Position numbers and translations under genes: made by a program
Part shown: positions 27,501 to 36,279 of the stretch, piece after piece
How positions within the stretch are numbered: the stretch's first letter is position 1
Layout: each line of letters begins with the position of its first letter
Assembly: GCF_018350175.1 (NCBI RefSeq)
Contig: NC_058368.1
Span: forward strand, 207,826,001 to 207,890,000
DNA length: 64,000 nt
From: Felis catus
Lineage: Eukaryota
Reading direction: 5' to 3'
The notes under the pieces: model-generated
Seen by the model: the letters and a program-made list of their open reading frames with translations, nothing else
Told to the model about the DNA's origin: nothing
Databases searched by the model: none

Positions 27501-29417
27501 TTCTGAGATTAGTCATTAATTTGAGTAGTTCAGTTTCAACTAAATGTCATGAAACTGGGCTTTTAACGTAAGTAAACCATGAGTATTCTCTGTTCTGCTC
27601 TTTAGGGTAAAAAAGATCCTTGAAACACTTCAAAAGTTAGACTAATTAGCTTACATCCACAGTTCTGCGTGGTATATCTGTGTGAGGCTAGATTTCCTTC
27701 GTGTACTTCAAACAAAATAATGTATTACAGTAACAAATGGAATGCAGAAGTAGGTATGTGAATCTGTCTTCTGTTAAGCCGGACTTGAAGAGATCTGTAA
27801 AAATGTAAAACAATACCACTCTTCTCACTTTTTAGTTTTGGAAAATACTTTTTATTAGATGTACGTGTTTATGTTAACAGGTAATGGGCTTATTTTTTAA
27901 AAGAATTAATGTATATTTTGAAATCTTCTCAATTTTAATTTCTAATATGGTAATTAACAGTGACTGTAACCCACACAAAAATAAGCTTTTTGGGGTCTTG
28001 AATAATTTTTAAGAAAGGGTGGGAATCGTGAGACTGAACAATTTAAGATAAGTGGACCTATACAAAAACAAGTGATATTTTCTTGGTTTAATTCTTCCCC
28101 CCCTATTTTTCCTCTTTCTCGTAGTACAAGTTGCAGAATTTTTATTGTTTTTCTAAAGCAGAGCAGCATGATAAAAGAAAGTTACATTGAACCATTACCA
28201 TCTTCAGTCTGCACTGTTGAAAAGCAGTGGTCCTCAGAAGAAACACAGTGCAGAGTCTCCTGTGGGCCTTTAAAAAAACAGTAACACAGAGGCGCCTGGG
28301 TGGCTCAGTCAGTTGAGCGTCCGACTTCGGCTCAGGTCATAATCTCACGGTCCGTGAGTTCGAGCCCCACGTCGGGCTCTGTGCTGACAGCTCCGAGCCT
28401 GGAGCCTGCTTCCCATCCTGTGTCTCCCTCTCTCTCTCTGCCCCTCCCCCACTCTCACTTTGTCTCACTCTGTCTCTCAAAAAATAAAAAAAAACAAAAT
28501 AGTAACACAGAGGTCCTCCTGCAGACTTTCCGGCCACACACTCTCTAGCAGTAGCGGGTCTTTAGCCTGTGTATTACCCCGCATACCCCACCCCTGATTC
28601 TGAGTTAAAAGCCACTGTTAGAAGGTGGAAGATAAAAGGAGATAGCCCAGTTAAGGATATTAATAACTTCAAACTAACTTTTAAAACTTCTTTCTATTTT
28701 TTTTTTTAAGTTGGACGTGGAGCCCAACATAGGCCTTGAACTCACGACCCTGAGGTCACGCCCTGAGCTGAGATCAAGAGTCGGACACTTAACCAAAAAC
28801 TTATTTCTATTTAAAAATTTAATTTTGAAAATAGTTAAGTCATCCTAGGTGGATAAATAAATTTTGCAATTTCTCATGCTAGTGAAAAAGAGTATTTCTG
28901 GTAACCCCAAACTTAAAATGTCTAGTTTAAGTGTGAGCTAGGGATATTTAATATTTTATATTCTTAGGCCAATATGCCATCAAATCAATGTCTAGAGGAA
29001 AAACATTTCAAAAGTGATATTTTGGCGGAAAAATAGGTAAGTTGTTTTTACAGTTTTTATCCCACCATCATCTTTTCTTCGGTTTTAGAATTAAGGAGAA
29101 GTATCCTCAAACATTTGATGACATCTGCCTTTATTCTGAGGTTTCTCATTTGCTCTCACACTGCACATTTAGACTTCCGTGTCGGAGGTTCATACAAGAA
29201 TTATTTCAAGATGTACAGTTCTTACAAGTAAGTAGCACTCGTACTTAGGAAGTTTACCTTTCGAGAATAATTCTGTGTTTGGATAAGTTAAAGGACAGAT
29301 TGTATCTGTTGAAACGCCAGCAAGTCACCACTTCTCTCCTAGATGCATGAAGAAGCAGAGGCTGTGCTGGCAGCACCACCAAAGCCACCTGCAGTGGACA
29401 CAGCTGCTGAGTCCTGA
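311..29417 (+). CDS. RICTOR: RICTOR (rapamycin-insensitive companion of mTOR), 5'-partial; join of 19 constitutive coding exons (about human exons 20-38) ending at TGA 29415-29417
   Basis: All exons are bounded by AG/GT and are phase-compatible; total 3412 nt (1 nt + 1137 codons including stop). Recognisable RICTOR peptides: [23 protein letters not shown] (T1135 S6K1-site motif), [34 protein letters not shown]. Confidence 0.98.
530..700. mobile_element. MIR (further copies near 5030, 9840, 38890, 53720, 60790 and 62570)
   Basis: ttgaatcctgactttgccact...tgtgac core. Confidence 0.6.
837..1036 (+). CDS. RICTOR: RICTOR exon ([17 protein letters not shown]...[11 protein letters not shown])
   Basis: ttttag| acceptor, |gtgaat donor, 200 nt. 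Confidence 0.95.
1270..1396 (+). CDS. RICTOR: RICTOR exon ([16 protein letters not shown]...KILTAATD)
   Basis: poly-T tract then ag| acceptor, |gtgagt donor, 127 nt. Confidence 0.95.
1766..1930 (+). CDS. RICTOR: RICTOR exon ([21 protein letters not shown]...LDEACEDK)
   Basis: tgtag| acceptor, |gtgaag donor, 165 nt. Confidence 0.95.
2125..2201 (+). CDS. RICTOR: RICTOR exon ([26 protein letters not shown])
   Basis: ttttag| acceptor, |gtaaat donor, 77 nt. Confidence 0.95.
2651..2729 (+). CDS. RICTOR: RICTOR exon ([26 protein letters not shown])
   Basis: tacag| acceptor, |gtaact donor, 79 nt. Confidence 0.95.
3434..3560 (+). mobile_element. 5'-truncated young CAN-SINE (SINEC_Fc-like)
   Basis: Begins at cagagcctggagcctgtttccgattc; A-tail; TSD aaaaaactctataattat on both sides. 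Confidence 0.9.
3720..4960 (-). mobile_element. degenerate L2 LINE
   Basis: Purine-rich L2-style text (ggatttgttgactgattg, tgggagtc, gagatcaccaggga); boundaries approximate. Confidence 0.55.
5371..5596 (-). mobile_element. CAN-SINE
   Basis: tRNA-derived head, (GA)n tract; TSD aaaattc[a/t]ttcagttta. Confidence 0.9.
6551..6823 (+). mobile_element. CAN-SINE with long (CT)n
   Basis: ggtgcctgggtg head; TSD aaaaatacaaatgaat. Confidence 0.9.
6930..7112 (-). mobile_element. CAN-SINE
   Basis: TSD ctagctcatt. Confidence 0.9.
7277..7479 (-). mobile_element. CAN-SINE
   Basis: Antisense head ...tgagccaccgaggtgcccc. Confidence 0.85.
7937..8142 (+). mobile_element. CAN-SINE
   Basis: TSD aaaagtataagcaga. 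Confidence 0.9.
8348..8457 (+). CDS. RICTOR: RICTOR exon ([37 protein letters not shown])
   Basis: ttctag| acceptor, |gtacag donor, 110 nt. Confidence 0.95.
8948..9035 (+). CDS. RICTOR: RICTOR exon ([29 protein letters not shown])
   Basis: actag| acceptor, |gtaaaa donor, 88 nt. Confidence 0.95.
10185..10277 (+). CDS. RICTOR: RICTOR exon ([31 protein letters not shown])
   Basis: ctccag| acceptor, |gtttgt donor, 93 nt. Confidence 0.95.
10632..10738 (+). CDS. RICTOR: RICTOR exon ([36 protein letters not shown])
   Basis: tttcag| acceptor, |gtatgt donor, 107 nt. Confidence 0.95.
10896..11195 (+). mobile_element. two adjacent or nested CAN-SINEs
   Basis: SINE heads at about 10896 and 11006. Confidence 0.85.
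11462..11676 (+). mobile_element. CAN-SINE
   Basis: TSD agaaaggtttt. Confidence 0.9.
11865..12094 (+). CDS. RICTOR: RICTOR exon ([19 protein letters not shown]...SESESAPS)
   Basis: atacag| acceptor, |gtgagt donor, 230 nt. Confidence 0.95.
12674..12859 (-). mobile_element. MER104-like (TcMar-Tc2) MITE
   Basis: Terminal ...tgtgcatcttagaatcaacaaaatatgg and internal aagatgca repeats resemble the MER104 consensus as recalled. Confidence 0.6.
13106..13323 (+). mobile_element. CAN-SINE
   Basis: Head, CT tract, A-tail; TSD aaatgctgtgactt. Confidence 0.9.
13470..13679 (-). mobile_element. CAN-SINE
   Basis: Antisense head ...tgagccacccaggggcccc. Confidence 0.9.
13754..14000 (+). mobile_element. CAN-SINE
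   Basis: gggtggctcag head, CT tract, A-tail. Confidence 0.85.
14293..15301 (+). CDS. RICTOR: RICTOR large exon, Ser/Thr-rich disordered phospho-region (T1135-equivalent codon at 14568-14570)
   Basis: catag| acceptor, |gtgagc donor, 1009 nt; matches ORF 14283..15305. Confidence 0.97.
15584..15655 (+). CDS. RICTOR: RICTOR alternative in-frame cassette exon, +24 aa ([24 protein letters not shown])
   Basis: Polypyrimidine tract then aag| acceptor; CAG|gtaggt donor; 72 nt, phase 2/2, no stop. Consistent with the longer (+24 aa) human isoform as I recall it. Confidence 0.8.
18478..18517. repeat. (TTTTG)n pentanucleotide repeat
   Basis: Seen directly. Confidence 0.95.
18815..18992 (+). CDS. RICTOR: RICTOR exon ([18 protein letters not shown]...PVDINDIFQ)
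   Basis: ttgtag| acceptor, |gtatca donor, 178 nt. Confidence 0.95.
19738..19822 (+). CDS. RICTOR: RICTOR exon ([28 protein letters not shown])
   Basis: ttttag| acceptor, |gtaatg donor, 85 nt. Confidence 0.95.
20576..20809 (+). CDS. RICTOR: RICTOR exon ([22 protein letters not shown]...[12 protein letters not shown]...ICSHS)
   Basis: cacag| acceptor, |gtgagt donor, 234 nt; contains the His/Cys zinc-ligand motif. Confidence 0.95.
21098..21298 (-). mobile_element. CAN-SINE
   Basis: Antisense SINE body. Confidence 0.85.
21300..21575 (-). mobile_element. carnivore L1 3'-end fragments
   Basis: attagtttcaggtgt...atagtgattca motif, present twice. Confidence 0.65.
21585..21780 (-). mobile_element. 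CAN-SINE
   Basis: Antisense SINE body. Confidence 0.85.
21781..22409 (+). mobile_element. Tigger5/MER47-like DNA transposon relic, interrupted by a young SINE
   Basis: acttacattagactacagctgggcagaatcatc... and terminal ...gaggaccatctgta resemble MER47 as recalled. Confidence 0.6.
22074..22330 (-). mobile_element. young SINEC_Fc-type SINE
   Basis: CpG-rich, long T tail, TSD ttaaagcagttt. Confidence 0.93.
23830..23988. mobile_element. MER5-family hAT relic
   Basis: ccagcagcatcagcatcacc...agaaatgcagaatctc...gaatcagaatctgca motifs. Confidence 0.7.
24547..25731 (-). mobile_element. 5'-truncated felid L1 (ORF2 RT-region fragments plus 3' tip and poly-A), internally deleted
   Basis: ORF2 peptides [17 protein letters not shown] and IPCSWIGR; poly-A; TSD gcact[a/g]ctgcttttt at 24537-24551 and 25732-25746. 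Confidence 0.92.
26955..27110 (+). CDS. RICTOR: RICTOR exon ([13 protein letters not shown]...STKSTELLL)
   Basis: cttcag| acceptor, |gtaagt donor, 156 nt. Confidence 0.95.
27444..27567 (+). CDS. RICTOR: RICTOR exon ([42 protein letters not shown])
   Basis: tttcag| acceptor, |gtaagt donor, 124 nt. Confidence 0.95.
27650..28050 (+). mobile_element. Charlie1-like hAT relic
   Basis: gaatgcagaag...ctgtcttctgttaagcc...gtaaaacaataccactcttctcac resembles the Charlie1 3' end as recalled. Confidence 0.5.
28289..28495 (+). mobile_element. CAN-SINE
   Basis: TSD aaaa[c/t]agtaacacaga. Confidence 0.9.
29089..29227 (+). CDS. RICTOR: RICTOR penultimate exon ([15 protein letters not shown]...LFQDVQFLQ)
   Basis: ttttag| acceptor, |gtaagt donor, 139 nt. 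Confidence 0.95.
29343..29417 (+). CDS. RICTOR: RICTOR last coding exon ([24 protein letters not shown])
   Basis: cctag| acceptor; TGA at 29415-29417. Confidence 0.93.
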   Translation: MHEEAEAVLAAPPKPPAVDTAAES

Positions 29418-31493
29418 CCTCGGTGCTCATCGCGTGCATAGATGGACGCCATATATACTCAGACTTGCCGAGTTCCTAACAAAAAGCCTCAGAAAATGCT
29501 GACCGGGCGGCAAAGACAGGAGTAGCTTCTGTTCCAGCGATCACTGGTACACGCACAGTTGGAACTGCGGACTTCCCCAACCGGAACAACTTCCTCTTGT
29601 CCCTGTTGAGCCCTCTGGGGGTTCGCTGTTCATTACCACACTTTTAAGAATTTTAGTTACCATTGTATGCAAGAGCCAAGCACTGAATACCTACGTAGGT
29701 TTTCTACTTTTTCCTTTTAAGAGCGTAACCACAGTGGAACAATAATAGGATATGCAGAAGCACCCTTCACACAGTTATTTCTGAATTCTTTTTTTAGGGT
29801 AAATCTAAAGATGCCTTGTTTGTTAACTAATTCGTGGAAACCAGGAATCGGTGTCTCTGAGGCTGCACCCCGTTACCACAGTGGGGTGTGCAAGAACTGC
29901 TGGTATTAGAGCGGGAACTTTGGCCCTTCCGCATCTTTCCTAACGTTTGTAACACTACTTCAGAGGTTTGTAACCTCAAAGCAAAAGAAGAGCCTCAACA
30001 ACCCAGAACTTGTATAAGTTATTTTGATGTTACTAGACTTGCATCACAGTTTGTTTGTTTTCTGTCTCTTCACTTTTGTTGCAGTGTGTTGTTATAGGCT
30101 ATCCGAACCAATTAAGGTTTTTCACTACAGTTCTTGATTCGTATCGAAACATCATTTTATAATTCAGTATTTCCCATTTGTAGAATTGCACATGTTTTCA
30201 GTGGACTTGTCATTTGCATCAACTTCCCATATCACCATTTGAAACAGGAACCAGAGCGAGCACTATTAAATGAGACCTAAAGCAAAAGAAAGCAGTAAGT
30301 TGACACTTGGGATTTCCTGAGGAAGAGATAAGTTTGCCTCCAATTTACACATTCCGTGGGAAAAGAAGAGCCATATTTCCTTAAAAAAAAAATCATTAAT
30401 GCAACTTTAATTATGATTAAAAATTGTAGTGAAAAGCCTTAAGTACCAAATTTTAAAGCAGCAGTAATTTAATTTTTTTATATCAGTGTTCTTGTTTTGC
30501 ACAAACTAAATGCGGTGATAGGTGAGTTTATCAACACAATTGCCTTTATCACATTTGTGAAGCTGTTAAGTTGATGAGGGCAAGGTTTTGTTTATTTGTG
30601 TGTTTAATTTGTATATGTTTAAAGATGTTTGGAAATCTTTACAGGAATTAAACATATATGCAAATTTGTATATAAAAATAGCATGGCCATCACCATTAGA
30701 ATGCTTGTAAATGAAAGGATTATCTTTTTTGAGGTCTATATATAATAGAAAAAAAAATCCAGCTGGACTGATTAGGACCCTTTTTTAATTCATTTGTTTA
30801 TACCATTTTTACAGTTACACATCAGCTTTGCCACACAGTACCTTGATGAATATTTTCCCATATTACAGATTGTTTTTATAACGGGCTTGTTCTTTGAGAT
30901 CTCTGTAAAGAACCCTGTGAACTAGGAAACGTAACTCACAGAGATACTGTGTTTTTTGTTTTGTTTTGTTTCTGTTTTTTTAATTTACTGGCACTGAAAG
31001 TTCCATCCGGGATGAAGCACTTCATCTCACTTCATAACGCCTCTTGACCGCGCTTCGTCCGGTGCGTTCTCGCGTGCACCGTGCAGCAGCGTCACTGTCA
31101 CAGCAGAGAAGGGCTGCAGGCTGCTGCTCGTGTTCAGAAGTGGTTCTTCGGATTTGCTCTCGTAAAACCAAGTGACAATAAAATATTGTTTTTCACTTTA
31201 ATTTATCACTGAACCCAAGTGTTTATTTAAATGTTAACAGTACTTTTAAGAACGTTGGTTGCCTGTCACCTTGGTCTTTGGTCTTGGACGATTGAACTGC
31301 CTTCCAGAAACCAAATGTCAGAGATATTAGACCAAATAGTGGTTAAAAACTCCAAAGGAGGTAATTTAGTAATCTTATTCATTCATGATGGGGTTGACAT
31401 ATTTTAGACATTCATTTTAAACACTACCTCAGTTAATATAGAGTATAAAATCTGTGGTTTAATCCCTCAAAAGTTAATAGTAATTCTTTCTTA

Positions 31494-31640
31494 ACACACA
31501 CACACACACACACATACACACACACACACACACACGCCTGTCCCCATCCTGGACCTCATTTCACTCATCCATCCTGGAATGAAGTCTTTGTTACTATTAG
31601 CCTAACAGTTTTTTGTTGTTGTTGTTGTTGTTGTTGTTGT
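31494..31640. repeat. (CA)n at 31494-31535 and (TTG)n at about 31612-31640, inside the RICTOR 3'UTR
   Basis: Seen directly. Confidence 0.9.
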
Positions 31641-33765
31641 TTTTTGACTTTTACTTTGAAAGACATGTATGTATGCATTATAGTAATTGCCTATAGCACT
31701 TAGTTTGGGGAGACAGAGTTTTGTGGTTATCAGTAATCTAAGGGGAAAAAAAAGTCTGTACTTAAATGTATAGTGCTATTTGGTTTATCCATGTTTCACT
31801 GATGGGTCTAATATGTTTTCAAGTACTCATTTGTATAAAAGACTTTGATAATGCAAAATGCTCACATGCAGTGCCAAGTGATTAACTTAGTATTTAAAAA
31901 TTTTAAATTATAGCAGAAAAGATTAGGAATGGTGTCAGTGGTAATAGAAATAATTGAGAAAATCATCTATAAATAATAGATAACTACCAGACTATAAAGT
32001 ACCAAAATAATGTCAATACTGTAGTTTTTTGAGATTTTAGAATTAATCTTAGTCCATATAAATTTGTACTATTGGTAATTATTGAATAATTGGGAGGAAT
32101 TTGGGCAGTTGTGCTTGTTGTAAGCTGTGAATATCTAATTATAAAGTGAATTGTTATTTCTAATTGAAATTTTTTTTCAAGAACAGATTTCAGCTTCACA
32201 TACTAAATACTGATAAATGATAAGGAAATTAGAAATTAGTATTGATAATTAAATATGGTCTAAGATTTCTTATACTTTTATTTCCTATTTATGCCTAGGT
32301 AGATTTGAAGGGGGGAAATGTCTCCCTAATAAAAAATTTTCTAATAAAGATTAGTAGCATAAGTACGTTCTGTAAGACAGTGACATTAAAATAGAGGCTC
32401 TCTGGAGGTATCGATATACATCATTATGCCAGTTATTCTAACATCATGTGTACAAGTTCTTTTGAAATAGTAGCTTTAATAGTCTTCAGCTCTTTTATCC
32501 AGGGCTTGAGGTAATTAAAGCTGAGTTCTTCAGGGCACATCACGGTGGTAAAGCGTTCGACAGTGAGGCGTCAGTGCTTATTCTGATTTGTCTACTGCTC
32601 TTTATATAAATTGTTTTTTCATTCCATTCAGAAGATGCCTTTTATCCCCACATTAAAGCACAGATCATTGAGCAATAAAAACCCATCAAATTGTCCAGAT
32701 TACAACCACAGTCGTTTTTGCATGGTAAGAGTGAGGTGCTAACTTTGTGTGAGATTAGCTTTGTAAACCACGCTGGGAAAAGTCCTTTGGAAGGAAGGTT
32801 TTCCCCCTTTTGTTTTATGCTTCCAGTGTTGTCTCAGATCAACAATCCAATACACATGGGAAAAAAGAGAAGGTAGAACTAACTGAGAGAGTTTTGGGAG
32901 AAGAACTGATGGGATGAAAGAACATTTCAGGTTTTCCAAAATGTAAGTTGGGGAAGGTCTCCCTTGTCTCCCCATTCAGGAAATCCATTATTACCAGCTT
33001 CATTTCCAGAGTATCACTACAGTGAGAGTTTCCTTACAAAAGCCTACTAGTGAAATGGATAGCAGTGTCTATCAGACAACGTTGAAATCTGTGAGAATCT
33101 TTCTAGGAACATTCTTTCTTTCTTTTAGTTCCAGGTTTCCAGAGTAGATTTCATTCATAGTAGGTTTATATGACTCACACAGAATGTGGATTCCCCACCC
33201 CCCTTTGGAGTATTTTTGTAATGTAGGTGGATAGCTATGCCACAACACGCATTAATTGCACATCTTATTTGATTCTTTTTATAAAATATTTAATTTGAAG
33301 AATATAATTTATGCCAAAAAGTATACCTTATAATTTTGTCACTAAGTTGGTTGATTTAGCACAAATATACAAAGCATTGGGGCAGAGGCGGGGAGATAAA
33401 AATTGTTCGTAGATAATAGTTGAAAAATGTTCCATTACTGGCCTGGCAGAAACCCTGAAGCTGCGTTGTAAAACAAATGGTGTAGATTAGTTTTGAAAAG
33501 TGGTAAGTGGTAAGGCATTGTGAATAAAATCTCGGACTTAATGCTCCCTAACCACACGATATTCTTTTTTTATTTAGTAATAAGCTGCTACATATTTGGA
33601 GGTTCTGGTGTTTGTAGGTCACTGAACAGACATTGAAATCTGATTTATATTGTACAACTGTAACATAGAAAGAAAAAGTATTTATATATTTTCCGTAAGA
33701 ATATTTCATTGAGTTGTGTATAATTTAAAGAAGGTTTGTCCCCAAATGGTTTTGCTCACCTTGAT

Positions 33766-33801
33766 TGTGTGTGTGTGTGTGTGTGCGCGCGCGCGTGTGT
33801 G
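33766..33801. repeat. (TG)n(CG)n(TG)n
   Basis: Seen directly. Confidence 0.95.
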
Positions 33802-33890
33802 GTTTTCTTGTTTTTGTATAATGTGTACAGTTTATGTCAAGGGCATTAAAAGCCTCCTGAAGCATAATCTTATCAAAGGGATACATTGTT

Positions 33891-33935
33891 AATAAAATGT
33901 ACTTAAAATTCTTAAAACCTGTGTTGTTCTATTTG
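33891..33935 (+). terminator. RICTOR distal poly(A) signal AATAAA (33891-33896) with GU/U-rich downstream element
   Basis: AATAAA followed about 23 nt later by tgtgttgttctatttg. Confidence 0.75.
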
Positions 33936-34334
33936 AAATTTTAAAACAATCAGTGGATTGAATTGCGTTGATTTGAATTAGTGCCACTATGGCTGATACG
34001 TGTGACGCCCGGTAAAAATGACTTTTAGGTACTACAGATAAGAGTCTAGTTCCATTAACACATCAGTGGCCTATTCCAAATGTTTTAACATATCTATACT
34101 TAGAAAAACATTCTTCATAATCTAAGCAAATACTTTATAGCTTGGTTTTTTTTTTTTTTTTTTTTTTTACTTCATTGTAAAAGGTTTGAAAAACTGGATC
34201 TGTCTTTAAAACAGTTCTAAATTTTCCGAGGAAATATACAATATAAGTGATGATGGTATGTATGATGATGACTTTTTGTGGGAAGGTATTTGATTTCTCC
34301 TGCAGAAACTTGTCCTCATCAGATAGGGTATCAT

Positions 34335-34353
34335 ATAGCCACCTAGTGGCGAA
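34335..34353 (-). promoter_or_regulatory. candidate CTCF binding site
   Basis: Minus strand reads CGCCACTAGGTGGCTA, matching the core CCASYAGRKGGC. Confidence 0.6.
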
Positions 34354-34683
34354 AGAAAATACCACAAGGGAAATTACCAAGGCTGGAGAGTAAAATTCAA
34401 AGACGAAGCCAGGTCAAAGCTAGGTTATAGTTGACTATGTGTGGTACGATAGTCTCGCTTACAGAAACAGATTGTTTGGATAACTTGGTTCTTGGGCATA
34501 TTTCTGTGTATCGTTTTCCCATTGCCTTCTGTATGTGCATGTTTTGGGCCCCAAAATAAACTTAAAAAAAGCATACTTAATAATCATCATACAGCTGATC
34601 TTTGTAGACCTAAACTTTAGAAAGTTTATTTCATTTAAAAAGAAGACTCTTTGGTATATAAAAATACTCAAAAATAAAATACC

Positions 34684-35032
34684 GTCTTAGTCCATTTAGG
34701 CGACTGTAATAATACACCACAGATTGGGTAGCTTATAAACAACAGAGAAATCTATTTCTCTGGTTCTGGAGGCTGGACGGCTGAGGCCAGAATGCTAGCA
34801 TGGTCGAGGGAGGGCCGTCTCCTAGGCCCCAGAATTCTCGTTGTGTCCTGACGTGGCACAAGGAATAGGGAGCCCTCCCGGGTCTCATAAGCACACTCAT
34901 CCCGAGTACGTGAGGGCTCCAGCCTTGTGACCTAATCACCTTCCAAAGGCCCCATCTCCTAATACCGTTATCTTTGGGGGTTAGGATTTCAACATGGGAA
35001 TTTTGAGGAGGACAATCATTCAGATTGTAGCA
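34684..35032. mobile_element. MLT1A-like MaLR solo LTR
   Basis: gtcttagtccattt...taaacaacaga...ttctggaggctgg...cctaatcacc...ttaggatttcaacat motifs. Confidence 0.75.
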
Positions 35033-36249
35033 ACTACTTTTGCATTGATTTAAGAAAAAAATACTAAAGCTTGTTTCTTTAATGCTTATCTTAGAGGATC
35101 AAGTCAACTGCCTTTGCTTGGTGCTTTAAGTTGAATATATTTAGTTACTGTATATCTTTTAACTGCTCATTCTGAAGACATTTTCTGTTGTATCTCTTCA
35201 AGGGTTTTTAAAGGTTCTTTATGCAAAATGCTTAATATGTTTTGTAAATTCTTTGCGATGAAAGCCAGTTTTCTTTCCATGGAGCTCTTACAAGAAATAC
35301 TAGATGTTGTCTAATTCAACTTGATCTTCTCAGTAAATACACATCCTAGCGGGGAATCGGTTTCGTTAGAATCAGCACGAGTCAGGTGTTAGACTGGGAG
35401 CAAGCACCTTTGGTGGCGAGTCCGTGGTTTGGTGTGGCGGCGTCCCTGCACCCAGCCTGAACCGTCACGGTCCCCTGCAGGCAGCTGAGGACTGCTCTCC
35501 AGTTTGATGTGGTATTTAGAGATCATTAACACCAGTGCTGCCCACCATCAAAATACCCTGATATTTCTAAGGAAGTGTTACTAATTCGGCTTTAGGTACA
35601 GTTCTTTTTAAAGGTATTCACGGTTATGTTAGGAAAAGTAGAGCTTATCTAGAGGAACGCACATATTTGCAGATGAAATCATACAATTCGCTTCCAAATA
35701 TCAGGAGGGAGGGCGGATAAGGGTACGGATGGACTGAAACAGCCGTGGGTTAGTGGCTGTGGGGCTGATGATATACATAAGGGTTTGTTAAACTTACTAT
35801 ACTTTTCTGTCATTTGAAATTCTCCAGGAGTATTTTTTTCATCCTAATAATTCTGACACATGAATACAAATTTCAAAGTTTCTGAAGAACATTGCTTAAA
35901 GCAATGCTGTTAAGACGCCACATAGTATTGACAAATGCTTTAAATATGACCGTGTTTGGTGTTACGGACATGGGAGAATGTTTATAGCCAAAACTGCAGT
36001 CATAGTGATATTGTAAGCATTAAGTTATGTAGCCCCACATTTCCTGTTGGTATTTTGCTTTATGGTTCTCAAGGTTGAGTGTGCATCCAAATGCTTGGAA
36101 GGGAGCTGATGACACACATATTTCAGGTCTCAAGCCATGGAGATTCTGATGAGGTTTGGAGTGTTATCCCCAAATTTACATTTTTAGTGAGCTCATGAGG
36201 TGACTGGCTATACTTACTGTTAGATTTTCATTTCATTGAGGTAGAGAAC

Positions 36250-36279
36250 ACACAAAATGCAGCTGCGAAATATTTTAAT
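36250..36279 (-). terminator. candidate OSMR distal poly(A) signal ATTAAA with GU-rich downstream element
   Basis: tttaat on + at 36274-36279; minus strand continues ...cattttgtgtgttctc. More proximal minus-strand AATAAA at 37481-37486 and 36954-36959. Confidence 0.5.

Larger units (their letters stand above)
29418..33915 (+). other. RICTOR: RICTOR long 3'UTR
   Basis: No recognisable transposon and mostly AU-rich, from the stop codon to the distal AATAAA; several miRNA seed matches. Confidence 0.75.
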
